A DNA stretch of 64,000 nt, from positions 7,094 to 71,093 of the forward strand of contig JBNKTL010000005.1 in NCBI GenBank assembly GCA_050298055.1, read 5' to 3'. The DNA is from Spirochaetota bacterium (GTDB taxonomy: Bacteria > Spirochaetota > UBA4802 > UBA5550). Each line of letters opens with the position of its first letter. Position 1 is the stretch's first letter. The notes beneath the pieces were generated by a model. That model did not search any database and had not been told where the DNA came from. It worked only from the letters and a program-made list of their open reading frames with translations. Both the position numbers and the translations under genes were made by a program. Shown one piece after another: positions 9,716 through 20,310 of this stretch.

Positions 9716-10945
9716 ATGAGCACCCGGAAAAATAATACATATAAAAAGGGAGCGTATATATACATAGAGGGGGATGAAGATATTGATTCCGTTTATATTA
9801 TCGAAGAAGGCAGTGTGGGATTTGAAAGTTCCAACCAGTACGTAAACAGGTTTACAAAAACAGCAAAGCCGGGTGATATTATCGGGTTTATTTCATCACT
9901 GAGCAACCAGCCGAGAATTGAATCCGCGTGCGCCCTGGCCGATACACGGGTGGCGGAGTTATCAAAGTCCGGCTTCCTCAATATTCTCCGGAAGAACTCC
10001 GACATTGCAATAAAGATCATCAATTATTTTGCCGACGAGCTCAGGCGCTATGATAACCTGATCTTCGATACGGAGACCGGTCAGGATACTCACTCCGGCG
10101 ATATGAAGATCTATAAACTGGGTGAATACTATTTCAGGGAAAACAGCTACCGCCACGCGTTCTACATCCTGAACAGATTCCTCCAACTCTATCCCGGGTC
10201 CGGCCTCAAGGGACAGGCCAGGACAATTATTGATAAAATTGAAAGTACGGGGCTGCGGGCACTATCCGAACCCATAAGAAAGGGACTCTCAGAGGAGTAT
10301 GTGAATGACCAGATCATATTCTGTGAATATGAACCGGGTGATCAGCTCTATATCATCAAGGAGGGGAAGGTAAAGATCGTCAAGTATAAGAACAACAATG
10401 AGATCATGCTTTCTGTTCTCAAAGAGGGGGATATTTTCGGAGAGCTTGCCATCGTATCGGAAAAACCGAGAAACGCCACAGCCATAAGTTTCGGCAGAAC
10501 AAAACTCCTTCCCCTCACAAGGGATTCGCTCATGGAGCTCATGAACCACTCTCCTGACATGTTGAACAAGATCTTTACCTCCATAAGCAAGAGGGTCTGG
10601 TTTACTTATATCCGGCTTGAAGCAAAGGTCCATAAAAAACCGGTTACCCGGATCTATGCCTTTCTGGAAGATAAGCTTCTGGAAGAGGGGATCTCACTCA
10701 GGGAGAAGACGCCCCATGTATTCAAGTTTGGCATCAATGAACTGCTCGAAATGACCGATCTCACCCAGGAGATGGTGGGTGATTCCATGGAGGAAATACT
10801 CAAAGATCCAAACCTTCACTTTAACTTCGGGCAGATTACCGTTAACGATCCCAGCGAGATATCATCAAAGGCGCGCTATTTCAGGACACGGGACAACCTC
10901 TTCACGGGAGAAAAGGGCCTTCCCGCGGGGAGCAGGGAAAGTTGA
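9716..10945 (+). CDS. Crp/Fnr-like protein with two cNMP-binding domains and a central TPR-like segment
   Basis: Two cNMP modules (GDIIGF..PR.ESA; GDIFGELA..PRNATA) and a C-terminal Crp-like region. Confidence 0.82.
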   Translation: MSTRKNNTYKKGAYIYIEGDEDIDSVYIIEEGSVGFESSNQYVNRFTKTAKPGDIIGFISSLSNQPRIESACALADTRVAELSKSGFLNILRKNSDIAIKIINYFADELRRYDNLIFDTETGQDTHSGDMKIYKLGEYYFRENSYRHAFYILNRFLQLYPGSGLKGQARTIIDKIESTGLRALSEPIRKGLSEEYVNDQIIFCEYEPGDQLYIIKEGKVKIVKYKNNNEIMLSVLKEGDIFGELAIVSEKPRNATAISFGRTKLLPLTRDSLMELMNHSPDMLNKIFTSISKRVWFTYIRLEAKVHKKPVTRIYAFLEDKLLEEGISLREKTPHVFKFGINELLEMTDLTQEMVGDSMEEILKDPNLHFNFGQITVNDPSEISSKARYFRTRDNLFTGEKGLPAGSRES

Positions 10946-11053
10946 AGGGCCCCTGTTTTTTCATTGACTCCTGAATATTTAATGAATAAATGTTAATGAT
11001 GAATCTGTTAAAGAACAATATATTAATAAATTACAAAAGTTCCGGGGTTAATA

Positions 11054-11689
11054 ATGAACTATACAATGGTGAAGCAGTTTTCAAATGCTGCAATAGATAA
11101 TTTCTTCAAGTTTTTCTTTAAGATCGTTGATTTCGGAAAGGTCATGTATGAAGCCCTCTGGGCTTTTTTCGATATCTGGGTGGCATTTTATCTTATTTTT
11201 TATAATTCCTTTATGTATCTTTATTACCTGGTCCTTTTTGGTATCGACAGGGGGTCCATCGAATCGCGATACACGGTCCTCTTCTGGAAAAAGGCGCCCC
11301 GGGGGGTTTCGCGGACACCCGGTGTGATACTCTCCAGGGAACCAAACCCCATACCTGCCATGTACAGGACAACGGCGAAGAAAACATCACAGGCTGTATC
11401 CGCAACCGCGGAAACAGTTTCCCGGGCAACAGCCGCTGTATCGGAAGTTCCTGACATGGTTTTTTCATCCGGTTCAAGAGGGAAAAAATCTCTTTTCAAA
11501 TCAATAGGGGAAGCTCTCTCAAATTTCTTTTCTGCCCTCAAAAGGGCCCTTTTAAAACCCTTTGAATCTCTTGCGAATTTCTTTACTGACAGGGTGAAAC
11601 CTGTGAGGGAAGAGGGGCAGACAAAAGAACAGAAGAGCAAGAGCCTTATCGATGAGTACCTCAAGGAATATGAAAGAAAAAAGAAATAG
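11054..11689 (+). CDS. Hypothetical membrane-associated protein
   Basis: 211 aa ORF with aromatic/hydrophobic N-terminal segment, filling the gap between flanking genes. Confidence 0.65.
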   Translation: MNYTMVKQFSNAAIDNFFKFFFKIVDFGKVMYEALWAFFDIWVAFYLIFYNSFMYLYYLVLFGIDRGSIESRYTVLFWKKAPRGVSRTPGVILSREPNPIPAMYRTTAKKTSQAVSATAETVSRATAAVSEVPDMVFSSGSRGKKSLFKSIGEALSNFFSALKRALLKPFESLANFFTDRVKPVREEGQTKEQKSKSLIDEYLKEYERKKK

Positions 11690-12040
11690 TTAAGGCTTAT
11701 CTTTATCACTCCTGTGCCGGTAGGTAATTATTCTTACCTTTTCAAGGGTAATGAGTCCCTCTGTTACCGTTTCGTCAAGAAAAGGGAGGATGAGGTTGAT
11801 CTTCTCTTCAGTGTCCACTATTTCTATGACAACCGGCAGGTTGTCGGAGAGTACGAGAAGCTTGGCAGAGTGTATCCTGCTCGACGCGCCGTATCCCATG
11901 ATTCCCCTCAGGACCGTGGCCCCTGCCAGGTTAAGTTCTCTGGCCTTAAGAACAATCTCCTCGAAAAGCAGGTTCCCTTTGTACCTGTCCTGCTCATCGA
12001 CGTAAATCCTTAAAAGTAATCCGTTATCCGGCAGTTTCAT
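11690..12040 (-). CDS. DUF190 (PII-like) protein
   Basis: LLRIY..E, GATVLRGIMGYG, LSDNLPVVIEIVD; AGGAG RBS. Confidence 0.88.
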   Translation of the reverse strand: MKLPDNGLLLRIYVDEQDRYKGNLLFEEIVLKARELNLAGATVLRGIMGYGASSRIHSAKLLVLSDNLPVVIEIVDTEEKINLILPFLDETVTEGLITLEKVRIITYRHRSDKDKP

Positions 12041-12072
12041 AATACTCTCCTGTTATAAACAAGATATAGGTG

Positions 12073-12528
12073 CTATTTAATAGTATATGATTCCTTATCA
12101 AGAATGATGTCAAAGATAAACCTGTTTCTGCCCGTATTCAGAGGCGTGTGAAGAACGAAAACGCCCCTGAATTCAATAATCTTGCCGGGTATCAAAACGG
12201 AGGTATCAACATCACTGCCCGCATGGATATGATATTTCACTTCAAGCTGCTGTTTTTCCGGGTTTTCATACCCTGCGATAATCAGGAGATCTTTCCCGTA
12301 CCTTTTATTTTTCCGGAAAGACTCAATGATGCCCCTGCCGGAAACGGTCCTGGTTAAGATCCCGTCCAGGAACCGGTCTCTCAGGATAACCGGTTCGGAA
12401 CTCATTTTATTGTAAAAAACGGTATTAAGATCAACAATTACATTCTCTTCGGTGCAGTCAGCAGGTGTGCCCGCGGCTGCAAGGAGAAGAAGAGTGAGCA
12501 GAAGAGATTTCCATTGTGCAGGTCTCAT
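12073..12528 (-). CDS. Exported hypothetical protein
   Basis: Signal peptide; tightly spaced in the amidase-HtrA-DUF190 run. Confidence 0.65.
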   Translation of the reverse strand: MRPAQWKSLLLTLLLLAAAGTPADCTEENVIVDLNTVFYNKMSSEPVILRDRFLDGILTRTVSGRGIIESFRKNKRYGKDLLIIAGYENPEKQQLEVKYHIHAGSDVDTSVLIPGKIIEFRGVFVLHTPLNTGRNRFIFDIILDKESYTIK

Positions 12529-12540
12529 TGTGTGTAATTA

Positions 12541-13833
12541 TCAGTTTTTCCTCAGAAAATCCAGAATAAAAAGCCTGTTGTTCCTCTGGATCGTAAGTTT
12601 TTCAATCGTCATCCCCCGGCGGGAAAAGACATTTATGAAGTCATCAACGGTGCTGGTATGTGCGCCGTTCAGCGACATGATAATATCCCCCGATTTCAGC
12701 CCGTAGATAATACTTCTGGGGGAAACATATGAAACGGCAATAATGTCCCGGTCGGCATTTTCATCGATTTCTATGCCGTATTTCCTGAAGAGCTTCGCGA
12801 GACCTTTCTGTATCTTTTTAAACCGGTGCCTTTCCCTCAGGGAAATGGTGAAATCTGAGAGTTTCCCGTTTCGGGAAACAGTGAGAAGTATCCGTGAACC
12901 CACCTTTCTGTTCCCCACATACTTTACCAGTGAACCGAGAGAAGTTATTTCTCTGTGATCAATACTTCTTATGATGTCACCTCTCTGGAGCCCTGCCAGG
13001 AACGCGGGAGAGTTCCGGGTGACGGATATGATCTCAATAAGAGTCCTTTCGCCCCTTGGCGCCAGCCGTTTCTCCCGGGCGATAAATCCGAGCCAGCCTC
13101 TCCTGACCCGGCCATGCCTCACAAGCTCACTGTAAACCTGCCTGACAATGTTCGAAGGTATGGCAAAACTTATTCCCTGGTAGCCCCCGGAGACGGTCCT
13201 TATGGCGGTATTCAATCCCACCATTTTCCCGTAGAGGTTCACCAGGGGCCCTCCTGAATTACCCGGGTTGATGGACACATCTGACTGGATAAAATCTTCA
13301 ATATCGGCAAACCCTATGTTGTCCCTTCCCTTGGATGAGACGATCCCCCCGGTAATAGACTGCTTGAGGCCGTAGGGGTTCCCTATGGCGATCACCCATT
13401 CGCCGATTGACAGCCGGTTTGAATCCGCAAAAATCATGGGAACAAATGATATCCTCTCCCTGTTGGATATTCTGAGAACGGCAACATCTGTCTTCTCGTC
13501 GGAGAGATAATATCTACCCTTATGAAATTCTTCCGCTTCGTAAACTTTACCGAAGGCATCGGTTATTTCATAGAAATCTCCCTTCTGAACAACATGGTGA
13601 TTTGTAACAATATCGCCGGAACCCGATACGATAGTTCCGGAGGCATCGGCAACCTTAACGTACTCTGTTTTTCCCCTGAAAATTTTCCGCCTGAAAATGC
13701 TTATGGTAACCACAGAGGGACGGGCGATTTTCGCGGCTCTGGTGAAATAGTAATTAATGTCTTCCGGCGTAGAGGAGAGGGGAAGGGCCGGCAGCAGGAG
13801 AAGAAAGATTATGTTGAGAATTATTATCCGCAT
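12541..13833 (-). CDS. HtrA/DegP-family serine protease with PDZ domains
   Basis: TNHHVV, DVAVL, GNSGGPL triad; two PDZ-like regions. Confidence 0.92.
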   Translation of the reverse strand: MRIIILNIIFLLLLPALPLSSTPEDINYYFTRAAKIARPSVVTISIFRRKIFRGKTEYVKVADASGTIVSGSGDIVTNHHVVQKGDFYEITDAFGKVYEAEEFHKGRYYLSDEKTDVAVLRISNRERISFVPMIFADSNRLSIGEWVIAIGNPYGLKQSITGGIVSSKGRDNIGFADIEDFIQSDVSINPGNSGGPLVNLYGKMVGLNTAIRTVSGGYQGISFAIPSNIVRQVYSELVRHGRVRRGWLGFIAREKRLAPRGERTLIEIISVTRNSPAFLAGLQRGDIIRSIDHREITSLGSLVKYVGNRKVGSRILLTVSRNGKLSDFTISLRERHRFKKIQKGLAKLFRKYGIEIDENADRDIIAVSYVSPRSIIYGLKSGDIIMSLNGAHTSTVDDFINVFSRRGMTIEKLTIQRNNRLFILDFLRKN

Positions 13834-13838
13834 TCTTT

Positions 13839-15203
13839 TTACTCGGTAACCGCATTAAAATAGTCCGTATCAGTAGTAATCCTGTATTTGCCGAGGTCAA
13901 TTCTTTTTCCTCTTGGAGCATGTCTGTAACCGTTGTCTTTTGGTTTCAGCCCGGTAAAGAGAGAGTAGACGGCAACGGCAATGCCCTCGGCGATAATGTC
14001 CTGTTTTTGTGTAAGGACAAGCCGGTCAAATCTCTTTCTCAGGTATCCAAGTTCTATAAAGGGACTTACGGCATTCATGTGAAGGGGAAGGATCCAAACG
14101 CCGATATAGGGGCTGCCGGGAAAGTATGCCCTGTCCTCGATACCGTTCATTTTCAGTGCGGTGAGGATATACCGGATTATTTCGTATGACGCGTATGAAT
14201 TGTCACCGCCATAACCCTCCATTCCTCCTTCACGCCGGTATTTTTCAAACCTGCTCCTCTCTCTCTCCCAGAATTTTCCTTCCGGGACCACGTCGCGATA
14301 GTCCTTTGAGTAGGGTGTGCCCGGTTCATGCTTTACGGCGTCCTTTTCCCAGCCCTTATCGTCTCTGTATGCCCATGTTACCATGTTATACCTGTAGCCT
14401 GTAAAGTCTTTGCCATTGGTCCTGTAATGCCTGTCCAGGGGAAAGCCCGTAAAGTAGTATGAGACATCACTGAGAAACCACCTGAAAGGGCCCCGTCGGG
14501 GGTCCTGGATAAACCAGTTATCCAGTAATTTCCGGTTAATTTTTTTTCTTACGCTTTTCTCTCCTTTCAGGTATTGAAGGCCTTTCTGAAGGAAACTATA
14601 GGGGGGAACAATCACGGGATTAAGCCCCATCTTTTCCCGGGGAGGATTGACGGCATGGTGAAGAGAAAGAACAAGATGGGGCCTGAAGCTGTTGATCCTG
14701 GATATTCTGCCCGGCCTGTTTCTGCCGTCCTTACCGGGAAAATCAAAATACCTGAATTTTTCATTTGGATCATTCAGTGTATACTCCTCCTTTCTGCTGA
14801 GTGACCTTCCCCTGGATTTTTGTGTCAAAATATAGATCCTCTCCGGTTTTGTGTCAGTATATTTTTTCAGTATGTTCCTGAATTTCCGGAAATCGCCTCC
14901 CGGAGCGCAGTGGAGAAGGAGCCGGTATGCTTTTTCCGCGATATTGTAGACTACGTCACGTTCCCTGATCCCGCGGAAGGTGGCGCCCTCTTTGTAATCA
15001 TCCAGGTATTTTCCGGAGAGAAGGTCGTACTTGTCCCCATACTTGGAAGTGGGATGCCTGCATACGCCGCCATGTCCCGGATCAAGAACTAAGCGGTAGA
15101 GAGGAAATTCGTACTTATATGATCTTTCTCCGGGCAGAAAAAGAAAGACCGCTATGAGTACCGATCGAAGTATGGTTTTTGTGTGATGAATAATCTGAAA
15201 CAT
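13839..15203 (-). CDS. N-acetylmuramoyl-L-alanine amidase (Amidase_3) with large insertions
   Basis: LDPGHGG, E(RD), LSLH, IELGY zinc motifs. Confidence 0.75.
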   Translation of the reverse strand: MFQIIHHTKTILRSVLIAVFLFLPGERSYKYEFPLYRLVLDPGHGGVCRHPTSKYGDKYDLLSGKYLDDYKEGATFRGIRERDVVYNIAEKAYRLLLHCAPGGDFRKFRNILKKYTDTKPERIYILTQKSRGRSLSRKEEYTLNDPNEKFRYFDFPGKDGRNRPGRISRINSFRPHLVLSLHHAVNPPREKMGLNPVIVPPYSFLQKGLQYLKGEKSVRKKINRKLLDNWFIQDPRRGPFRWFLSDVSYYFTGFPLDRHYRTNGKDFTGYRYNMVTWAYRDDKGWEKDAVKHEPGTPYSKDYRDVVPEGKFWERERSRFEKYRREGGMEGYGGDNSYASYEIIRYILTALKMNGIEDRAYFPGSPYIGVWILPLHMNAVSPFIELGYLRKRFDRLVLTQKQDIIAEGIAVAVYSLFTGLKPKDNGYRHAPRGKRIDLGKYRITTDTDYFNAVTE

Positions 15204-15265
15204 TATTAAGAAAATTTATTATTATGCGGTTGAATGGCAAATGAAATTTTTATTTTTCAGGTACT

Positions 15266-15294
15266 AAAAAAAAGGGGACTTTGTCCCCTTTTTT
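15266..15294. terminator. Intrinsic terminator (bidirectional-capable) after 15325..16143
   Basis: A8-GGGGAC-TTT-GTCCCC-T6. Confidence 0.85.
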
Positions 15295-15324
15295 CATAAT
15301 TCAATCTCTGTTATTATCTTTTGC

Positions 15325-16143
15325 TTATTTAGGAGTTCCGCCTCCACCTCCCGATGGAGCTGTTTTTTGAGCCGATCCGGTATCATATATTCTGTTGAGG
15401 TTATCCGCTTTCTGGACTTTATACTGGTCTTTCAGTTTGTCCCTTTCATCAGGCTTGGAGAGGGATTCAAGTATCTTTATGGCATATGTTTTAGCTACCC
15501 TGTAGTGAAGGATAGAGCTGACATAGTTATGGCCCAGGAAGGAGGATTGTCCGTCATCAAACTGCCCGTAGGAAATTTTCAGTCTCATCTGGTTCTGGAA
15601 AAGTTCTTCGGTTTTATTGGGGTCAGACCGTGTCTGCTCATCAAGGTGAAGTTCAAGGATCTTTCGCGCGCAGACGAAGAGCATTTCCTCGGCCTGTTTT
15701 TTATATTCTTCGGATATCTTTTTCATCATGTCATCGATGAACTTTTTATTGTTTTCAAACCAGAACCGTGAATAGATCACGTTTCTTCTGTAGTAGAGTT
15801 CCATTGCCAGCCTGTAGCCGTTATATGCTTTCTGGTAATCGGCATCCCAGCCTTTTTCCTTATTATTTGAAACGATCACCTTCAAAAGATAGATCTGGTT
15901 GAGGTTCTCTTTCATCAGCTTCTCTACGACTTCGATTGCCTTGAATTTTGCAAGGTATGAGTCTTCCGGCCTCTGGTCGGCTTTAAACTCTTTGCTGCTG
16001 TATGTTCCGTCAGCGTTTAATGTTGAATCGTTAAGCTTGGCTTTGTATTCTGAGTCTGTTATCTGAGAGAAGATTGATGGTGATACTGTTAACATTAAGA
16101 CGATAATTAAAGACGATATCTTCCTGAAATCCCTTCTTTTCAT
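15325..16143 (-). CDS. Exported helical protein, possibly OmpL37-like
   Basis: Signal peptide, AGGAG RBS, own promoter and terminator; family call is by resemblance only. Confidence 0.55.
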   Translation of the reverse strand: MKRRDFRKISSLIIVLMLTVSPSIFSQITDSEYKAKLNDSTLNADGTYSSKEFKADQRPEDSYLAKFKAIEVVEKLMKENLNQIYLLKVIVSNNKEKGWDADYQKAYNGYRLAMELYYRRNVIYSRFWFENNKKFIDDMMKKISEEYKKQAEEMLFVCARKILELHLDEQTRSDPNKTEELFQNQMRLKISYGQFDDGQSSFLGHNYVSSILHYRVAKTYAIKILESLSKPDERDKLKDQYKVQKADNLNRIYDTGSAQKTAPSGGGGGTPK

Positions 16144-16185
16144 GTCAAAACTCCTATTGATATACTTGTTAAAATAAAAATTGCC

Positions 16186-16201
16186 CGGGCGTCCCTGCCC
16201 G
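16186..16201 (-). promoter_or_regulatory. 5'-UTR hairpin with GGA loop (candidate CsrA site)
   Basis: Minus strand CGGGC-AGGGAC-GCCCG between promoter and SD. Confidence 0.45.
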
Positions 16202-16217
16202 ACATAATCAATGAGTA

Positions 16218-16246
16218 ATTATATAGAATTAAAATAATATAGGCAA
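16218..16246 (-). promoter_or_regulatory. Sigma70-type promoter for 15325..16143
   Basis: Minus strand TTGCCT, 17 nt, TATAAT. Confidence 0.7.
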
Positions 16247-16399
16247 CTTTTTTTTTATTTTTTTTTATAAAAATTATATTGTTAATTTAATTTATTATGT
16301 CATTTAAATTTTCAATAATATCAACCTGGTCCTGCATATAAATCATTTTTTCATTCCTCGGGAATGGATAAAAATAATTAAATTCTATGAAAGTTTAAC

Positions 16400-16966
16400 T
16401 CATATGGTCAGCCTTATTCCCAGGTTCAGACTTTCATCCTGATACTTCTTCTGGCTGTCACTGGCATATGTGGAAGCAACATGTGTATATTCAAAGAATA
16501 TATTCAACATTTCATTGATCCTGAAACCCAGTCCGATTCCCGCAAAACCGGTTGAGAGATAACGTGTTTTTTCTGAAACAATTCCTCCATATTCCGTACG
16601 ATACTGGTCTTTGAATGAAAACCCCAGCCGGGCAAAAGGGACCGCATGTATCAGGGAAGTATTTATCAGGATGATCAACTGAGGCCCCCAGAAGGTTTTG
16701 TCCACATCGGCGTCACCCGCGTCCCTTTTAACGGTAAGTTTCTCTTTACAATAATAGAGACCGGTACCGAGAAATACGGCGCCGAGGTTAAATCCCACAT
16801 TGAGAAAACCGTTATAGTTATAACCGCTATGTTCGGCATCAACGTCATTCAATTTTTCTTCATATCTTCCGAACGTATAACCGCCGGAAAATCCCGTATC
16901 AACGAGGGCGAATGAAGAGACGGGAATCAGCATTAAAAGTAAAATGAGAAAAGAACGGTATTTCAT
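16400..16966 (-). CDS. Small outer-membrane beta-barrel protein
   Basis: Signal peptide; alternating aromatic/Gly strands; C-terminal strand LNLGIRLTI. Confidence 0.7.
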   Translation of the reverse strand: MKYRSFLILLLMLIPVSSFALVDTGFSGGYTFGRYEEKLNDVDAEHSGYNYNGFLNVGFNLGAVFLGTGLYYCKEKLTVKRDAGDADVDKTFWGPQLIILINTSLIHAVPFARLGFSFKDQYRTEYGGIVSEKTRYLSTGFAGIGLGFRINEMLNIFFEYTHVASTYASDSQKKYQDESLNLGIRLTI

Positions 16967-17148
16967 AATTTTATCACCCTGTTATTAGTCTTTTAAAGAT
17001 GAAGAGCTGTGTGTTTTTTTGTCAAACTTTTTATAGTTTTAACAGCAGTTCAATTCCCTGTTTTCCCGAATGGGTTTGTCTCCGGATGAAGAGAAGAGCT
17101 CTCGGAAGGAGACCTGGATAGTGTGCACATATGGCCGGGTCGTCGCTT

Positions 17149-18483
17149 TCAATCTTCAATAATGACTATCCTTATGTCCATTACATTCGTGTTAGTGGGC
17201 CCGGTAATGACCAGGTCATCAATGGCCTTGAAAAAATTGTATGAGTCGTTATTCTCTCTGTATTTTATCATATCAATATTCTTTTCCCGGGCCCTGTTCA
17301 CTGTTGTCCCGTCTGCCACTGCCCCCGCCGCGTCCGTTGGGCCGTCACTCCCGTCTGTTCCGATACTTGCCATTGTAATTTTTGTGTCACTGATAAGGTC
17401 CGCAGACTGTATGGCGAATTCCATGTTCCTTCCCCCCAGCCCGCTCCCCTTCACCACAACGGTTGTTTCTCCGCCGCTTATTATACATGCGGGGGGAGGT
17501 GCGGGATGGCCGGAAGCCAGCACTTCCTTTGCAATTCTCGAATGCCAGGATGCAACATCGGATGTTATCCCCTCTATCTGTGAAGAGAGTATCAGTGTAT
17601 TGTATCCCAGTTCATCCGCTTTCTCTTTTGCCGCCTTCAATGAAATAATGTTAGAGGCCACGATGAGGTTTGTTACGTTCCTGAATATTTCTGAATCCGA
17701 ACCGGGGTTTTCCGGGACTTTTCCCTCGGTCCCTTTTTTCAGATAATCGCTCACTGAGCCGGGGACTTTATCCGTGAGCCCGTATCTCTGAAGGATTTCC
17801 GCGGCGTGGGAGAAGTTTGAATTATCGGGTACAAAGGGCCCGGAAGCGATAACATCCATGCGGTCCCCTACCACATCTGATATCATAAGATTTATCACTG
17901 TTGCGGGGTATGCCGCCGCTGCCATGTTTCCCCCTTTGATGAGGGAGAGATGTTTTCGTACGGCATTAATTTCGTGAATTGCCGCCCCGCTTTTCAGGAG
18001 CAGGTCGGTGGTTGCGCGTTTTTCATCAAGGGATATTTTTTCCGGAGGAAGGGGAAGAAGGGAGGACCCCCCGCCGGAGATAAGGGATACAACCAGGTCC
18101 TTCTTACCCGCTCCTTTGAGGATACCCCGTATCTCCCCTGCTCCCTTTACCCCGTTTTCATCGGGTACCGGGTGGGAGGCTTCGATGGTTTTTATTATTG
18201 AAAGGTCTTCCGTGTAACCGTATTTTACCGATATCAGGCCGCTCTCTATTCGCTCCCCGAGGATATTTTCTATTGCCCGTGCCATGGGAGAGGTCGCCTT
18301 GCCTGCTCCTACAACCAGTATTCTCTCAAAGCCGTCGAGGTCAAATTCCGCAAAAGATTTTCCTTCCGTTAAGAGTGCCAGAATGTTTCCCCTGAGCTTG
18401 ACATGTGATTCAATTGCGTTTTCCGGGTTTACCGCGTCGATGGCTGCAGTATAGATTTCCCTGAGCTTTTCTCTGGTATTCAT
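17149..18483 (-). CDS. Glycerate 2-kinase (MOFRL family)
   Basis: GAGKA, ASHPVPD, ISGGGSSL, SGGETTV, GGRNME, TGPTNTNVMD. Confidence 0.92.
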   Translation of the reverse strand: MNTREKLREIYTAAIDAVNPENAIESHVKLRGNILALLTEGKSFAEFDLDGFERILVVGAGKATSPMARAIENILGERIESGLISVKYGYTEDLSIIKTIEASHPVPDENGVKGAGEIRGILKGAGKKDLVVSLISGGGSSLLPLPPEKISLDEKRATTDLLLKSGAAIHEINAVRKHLSLIKGGNMAAAAYPATVINLMISDVVGDRMDVIASGPFVPDNSNFSHAAEILQRYGLTDKVPGSVSDYLKKGTEGKVPENPGSDSEIFRNVTNLIVASNIISLKAAKEKADELGYNTLILSSQIEGITSDVASWHSRIAKEVLASGHPAPPPACIISGGETTVVVKGSGLGGRNMEFAIQSADLISDTKITMASIGTDGSDGPTDAAGAVADGTTVNRAREKNIDMIKYRENNDSYNFFKAIDDLVITGPTNTNVMDIRIVIIED

Positions 18484-18540
18484 GGCCCACCTGCCTTGTG
18501 ATCTGTTATCCTGATTCGATACAGGAAATTTGGCAGAATG

Positions 18541-20298
18541 TCAAGGGACTTTTTGGAAGGGATGATATTTCAATTGTCGGTTCAGCAGGACGAAAATGAG
18601 AAAAGCGCCGGCAAGGAGAGGGATCCCCGCCGAATACTCACCCACTATGATATAACCGATGGAAAAGAGGGACATATAGACGAGAAGTATTCCCAGGACC
18701 CAGTTGAAGAGCAGCCGGATAATTGGTTCTTCCCGGGACATATCCGTTCCGGCTTTGTCTCTCACTGCCTTCCATCCCGGTCCTCCCGGATAGACTTTTT
18801 TGTAAAAGGAGATTAATCTTTCCGCATCTACCGGCCCCGTCAAAAAGGTAACGGTTATCCATGAAACGGTTGTCAGGCCCACGATAAAGAAGAGGCTCTC
18901 CGGAAATTCTATATGGAGAAGGTATTTGCTCAGGGAATATCCGATAAAGGGGGCGACCATTGCCGTTATCTCCGACCACGCATTGACCCTCCACCAGAAC
19001 CATCTCAGGATGAGAACAAGCCCCAGTCCCGCGCCGCATTCGATGATAAATTTCCAGGCGCCGGAGATGGAGTTTATGACCAGGACAAGGAGGCTGGAGA
19101 GGAGTACCATGATCAGGGTAACGATCCTCGAAACCCGGACATAGTGCCTGTCACTGCCGTCATTCCTGATAAATCTTCTGTAGAAATCGTTGATAATATA
19201 GGATGTGCCCCAGTTAAGATGGGTCGATATGGTCGACATGTATGCGGCGAGAAATGCCGCCACAAGGAGCCCCAGGAGCCCGGGGGGAAGATGGTCTTTC
19301 ATGGCCATGATAAACCCCGCTTTTTTGTCATCCGCTGCAAGGTCGGGATAGAGGACAAGGGAGCAGAGCGCCACAATGATCCAGGGCCAGGGCCTCAGGG
19401 CATAGTGGGCGACGGTGAACCAGAGTGTTGCCAGAAGGGAATGTTTCTCATCTTTAGCGGACATCATCCTCTGGGCAACATATCCTCCTCCCCCCGGCTC
19501 TGACCCCGGGTACCAGGAAGACCACCACTGGATAAATATATGCGCCGTAAAGGCGGAAAACGAGAGTGCCATAACACCCCCTGCGGCATTTTCCGGGGTC
19601 AACCCTACTTTCGGGAAGAAAGAAAACATCTCTTCGGGGAGCTTGGATTTCAGACCGGCAATACCTCCGATCTCCGGAAGGTCCAGAACAAAAACGGCAA
19701 GGGCAATGCACCCCCCCATGGCAATTGCGAACTGGAAGATGTCCGTAAATGCTATTCCCCAGAGCCCCGAAACAGCAGAGTATATGCCCACAAGTATCAT
19801 TGCGGCAAAGATATAGGGGAAGAGGGCAGATTCGGGTATGTTGAAGACAATCTTCAGTATTTCCGCCAGGGCCACATTCACCCATCCCATGATTATGACA
19901 TTCATGAATATTCCGAGATAGAGGGCCTTGAATCCCCGGAGAAAAGCAGCGGATTTACCGGAGTACCTCAGCTCTATGAACTCAACGTCGGTGAGAATAT
20001 CCGCCCTCCTCCAGAGCCGGGCAAAGAAAAAAACCGTGAGCACATTACCGGCAACCATGTTCCACCAGATCCAGTTGCCCGATATTCCACCGGACGCGAC
20101 CAGTTCAGTTACCGCCAGGGGTGTATCCGCGGCAAAGGTGGTGGCAACCATTGTGGTCCCGGCTATCCACCAGGGGAGCTTTCTTCCTGAGAGAAAATAT
20201 TCCTCCGGGTTTTTCCCGGCTCTTTTCGAAAGAAAAAAAGCGATGAAAAGGCTTATGGCAAAATATATTGCAATGAGGAGAATATCAGGGGTTTCCAT
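18541..20298 (-). CDS. Sodium:solute symporter (SSS family)
   Basis: YFLSGRKLPWW, ATTFAADTP, AQRM, AAYMSTIST; many TM helices. Confidence 0.92.
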   Translation of the reverse strand: METPDILLIAIYFAISLFIAFFLSKRAGKNPEEYFLSGRKLPWWIAGTTMVATTFAADTPLAVTELVASGGISGNWIWWNMVAGNVLTVFFFARLWRRADILTDVEFIELRYSGKSAAFLRGFKALYLGIFMNVIIMGWVNVALAEILKIVFNIPESALFPYIFAAMILVGIYSAVSGLWGIAFTDIFQFAIAMGGCIALAVFVLDLPEIGGIAGLKSKLPEEMFSFFPKVGLTPENAAGGVMALSFSAFTAHIFIQWWSSWYPGSEPGGGGYVAQRMMSAKDEKHSLLATLWFTVAHYALRPWPWIIVALCSLVLYPDLAADDKKAGFIMAMKDHLPPGLLGLLVAAFLAAYMSTISTHLNWGTSYIINDFYRRFIRNDGSDRHYVRVSRIVTLIMVLLSSLLVLVINSISGAWKFIIECGAGLGLVLILRWFWWRVNAWSEITAMVAPFIGYSLSKYLLHIEFPESLFFIVGLTTVSWITVTFLTGPVDAERLISFYKKVYPGGPGWKAVRDKAGTDMSREEPIIRLLFNWVLGILLVYMSLFSIGYIIVGEYSAGIPLLAGAFLIFVLLNRQLKYHPFQKVP

Positions 20299-20310
20299 TA
20301 AATGATGCTT

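Noticed and set aside
11690..12040. Fluoride-resistance locus (DUF190 often neighbours crcB)
   Set aside because: No crcB-like gene or recognisable riboswitch nearby.
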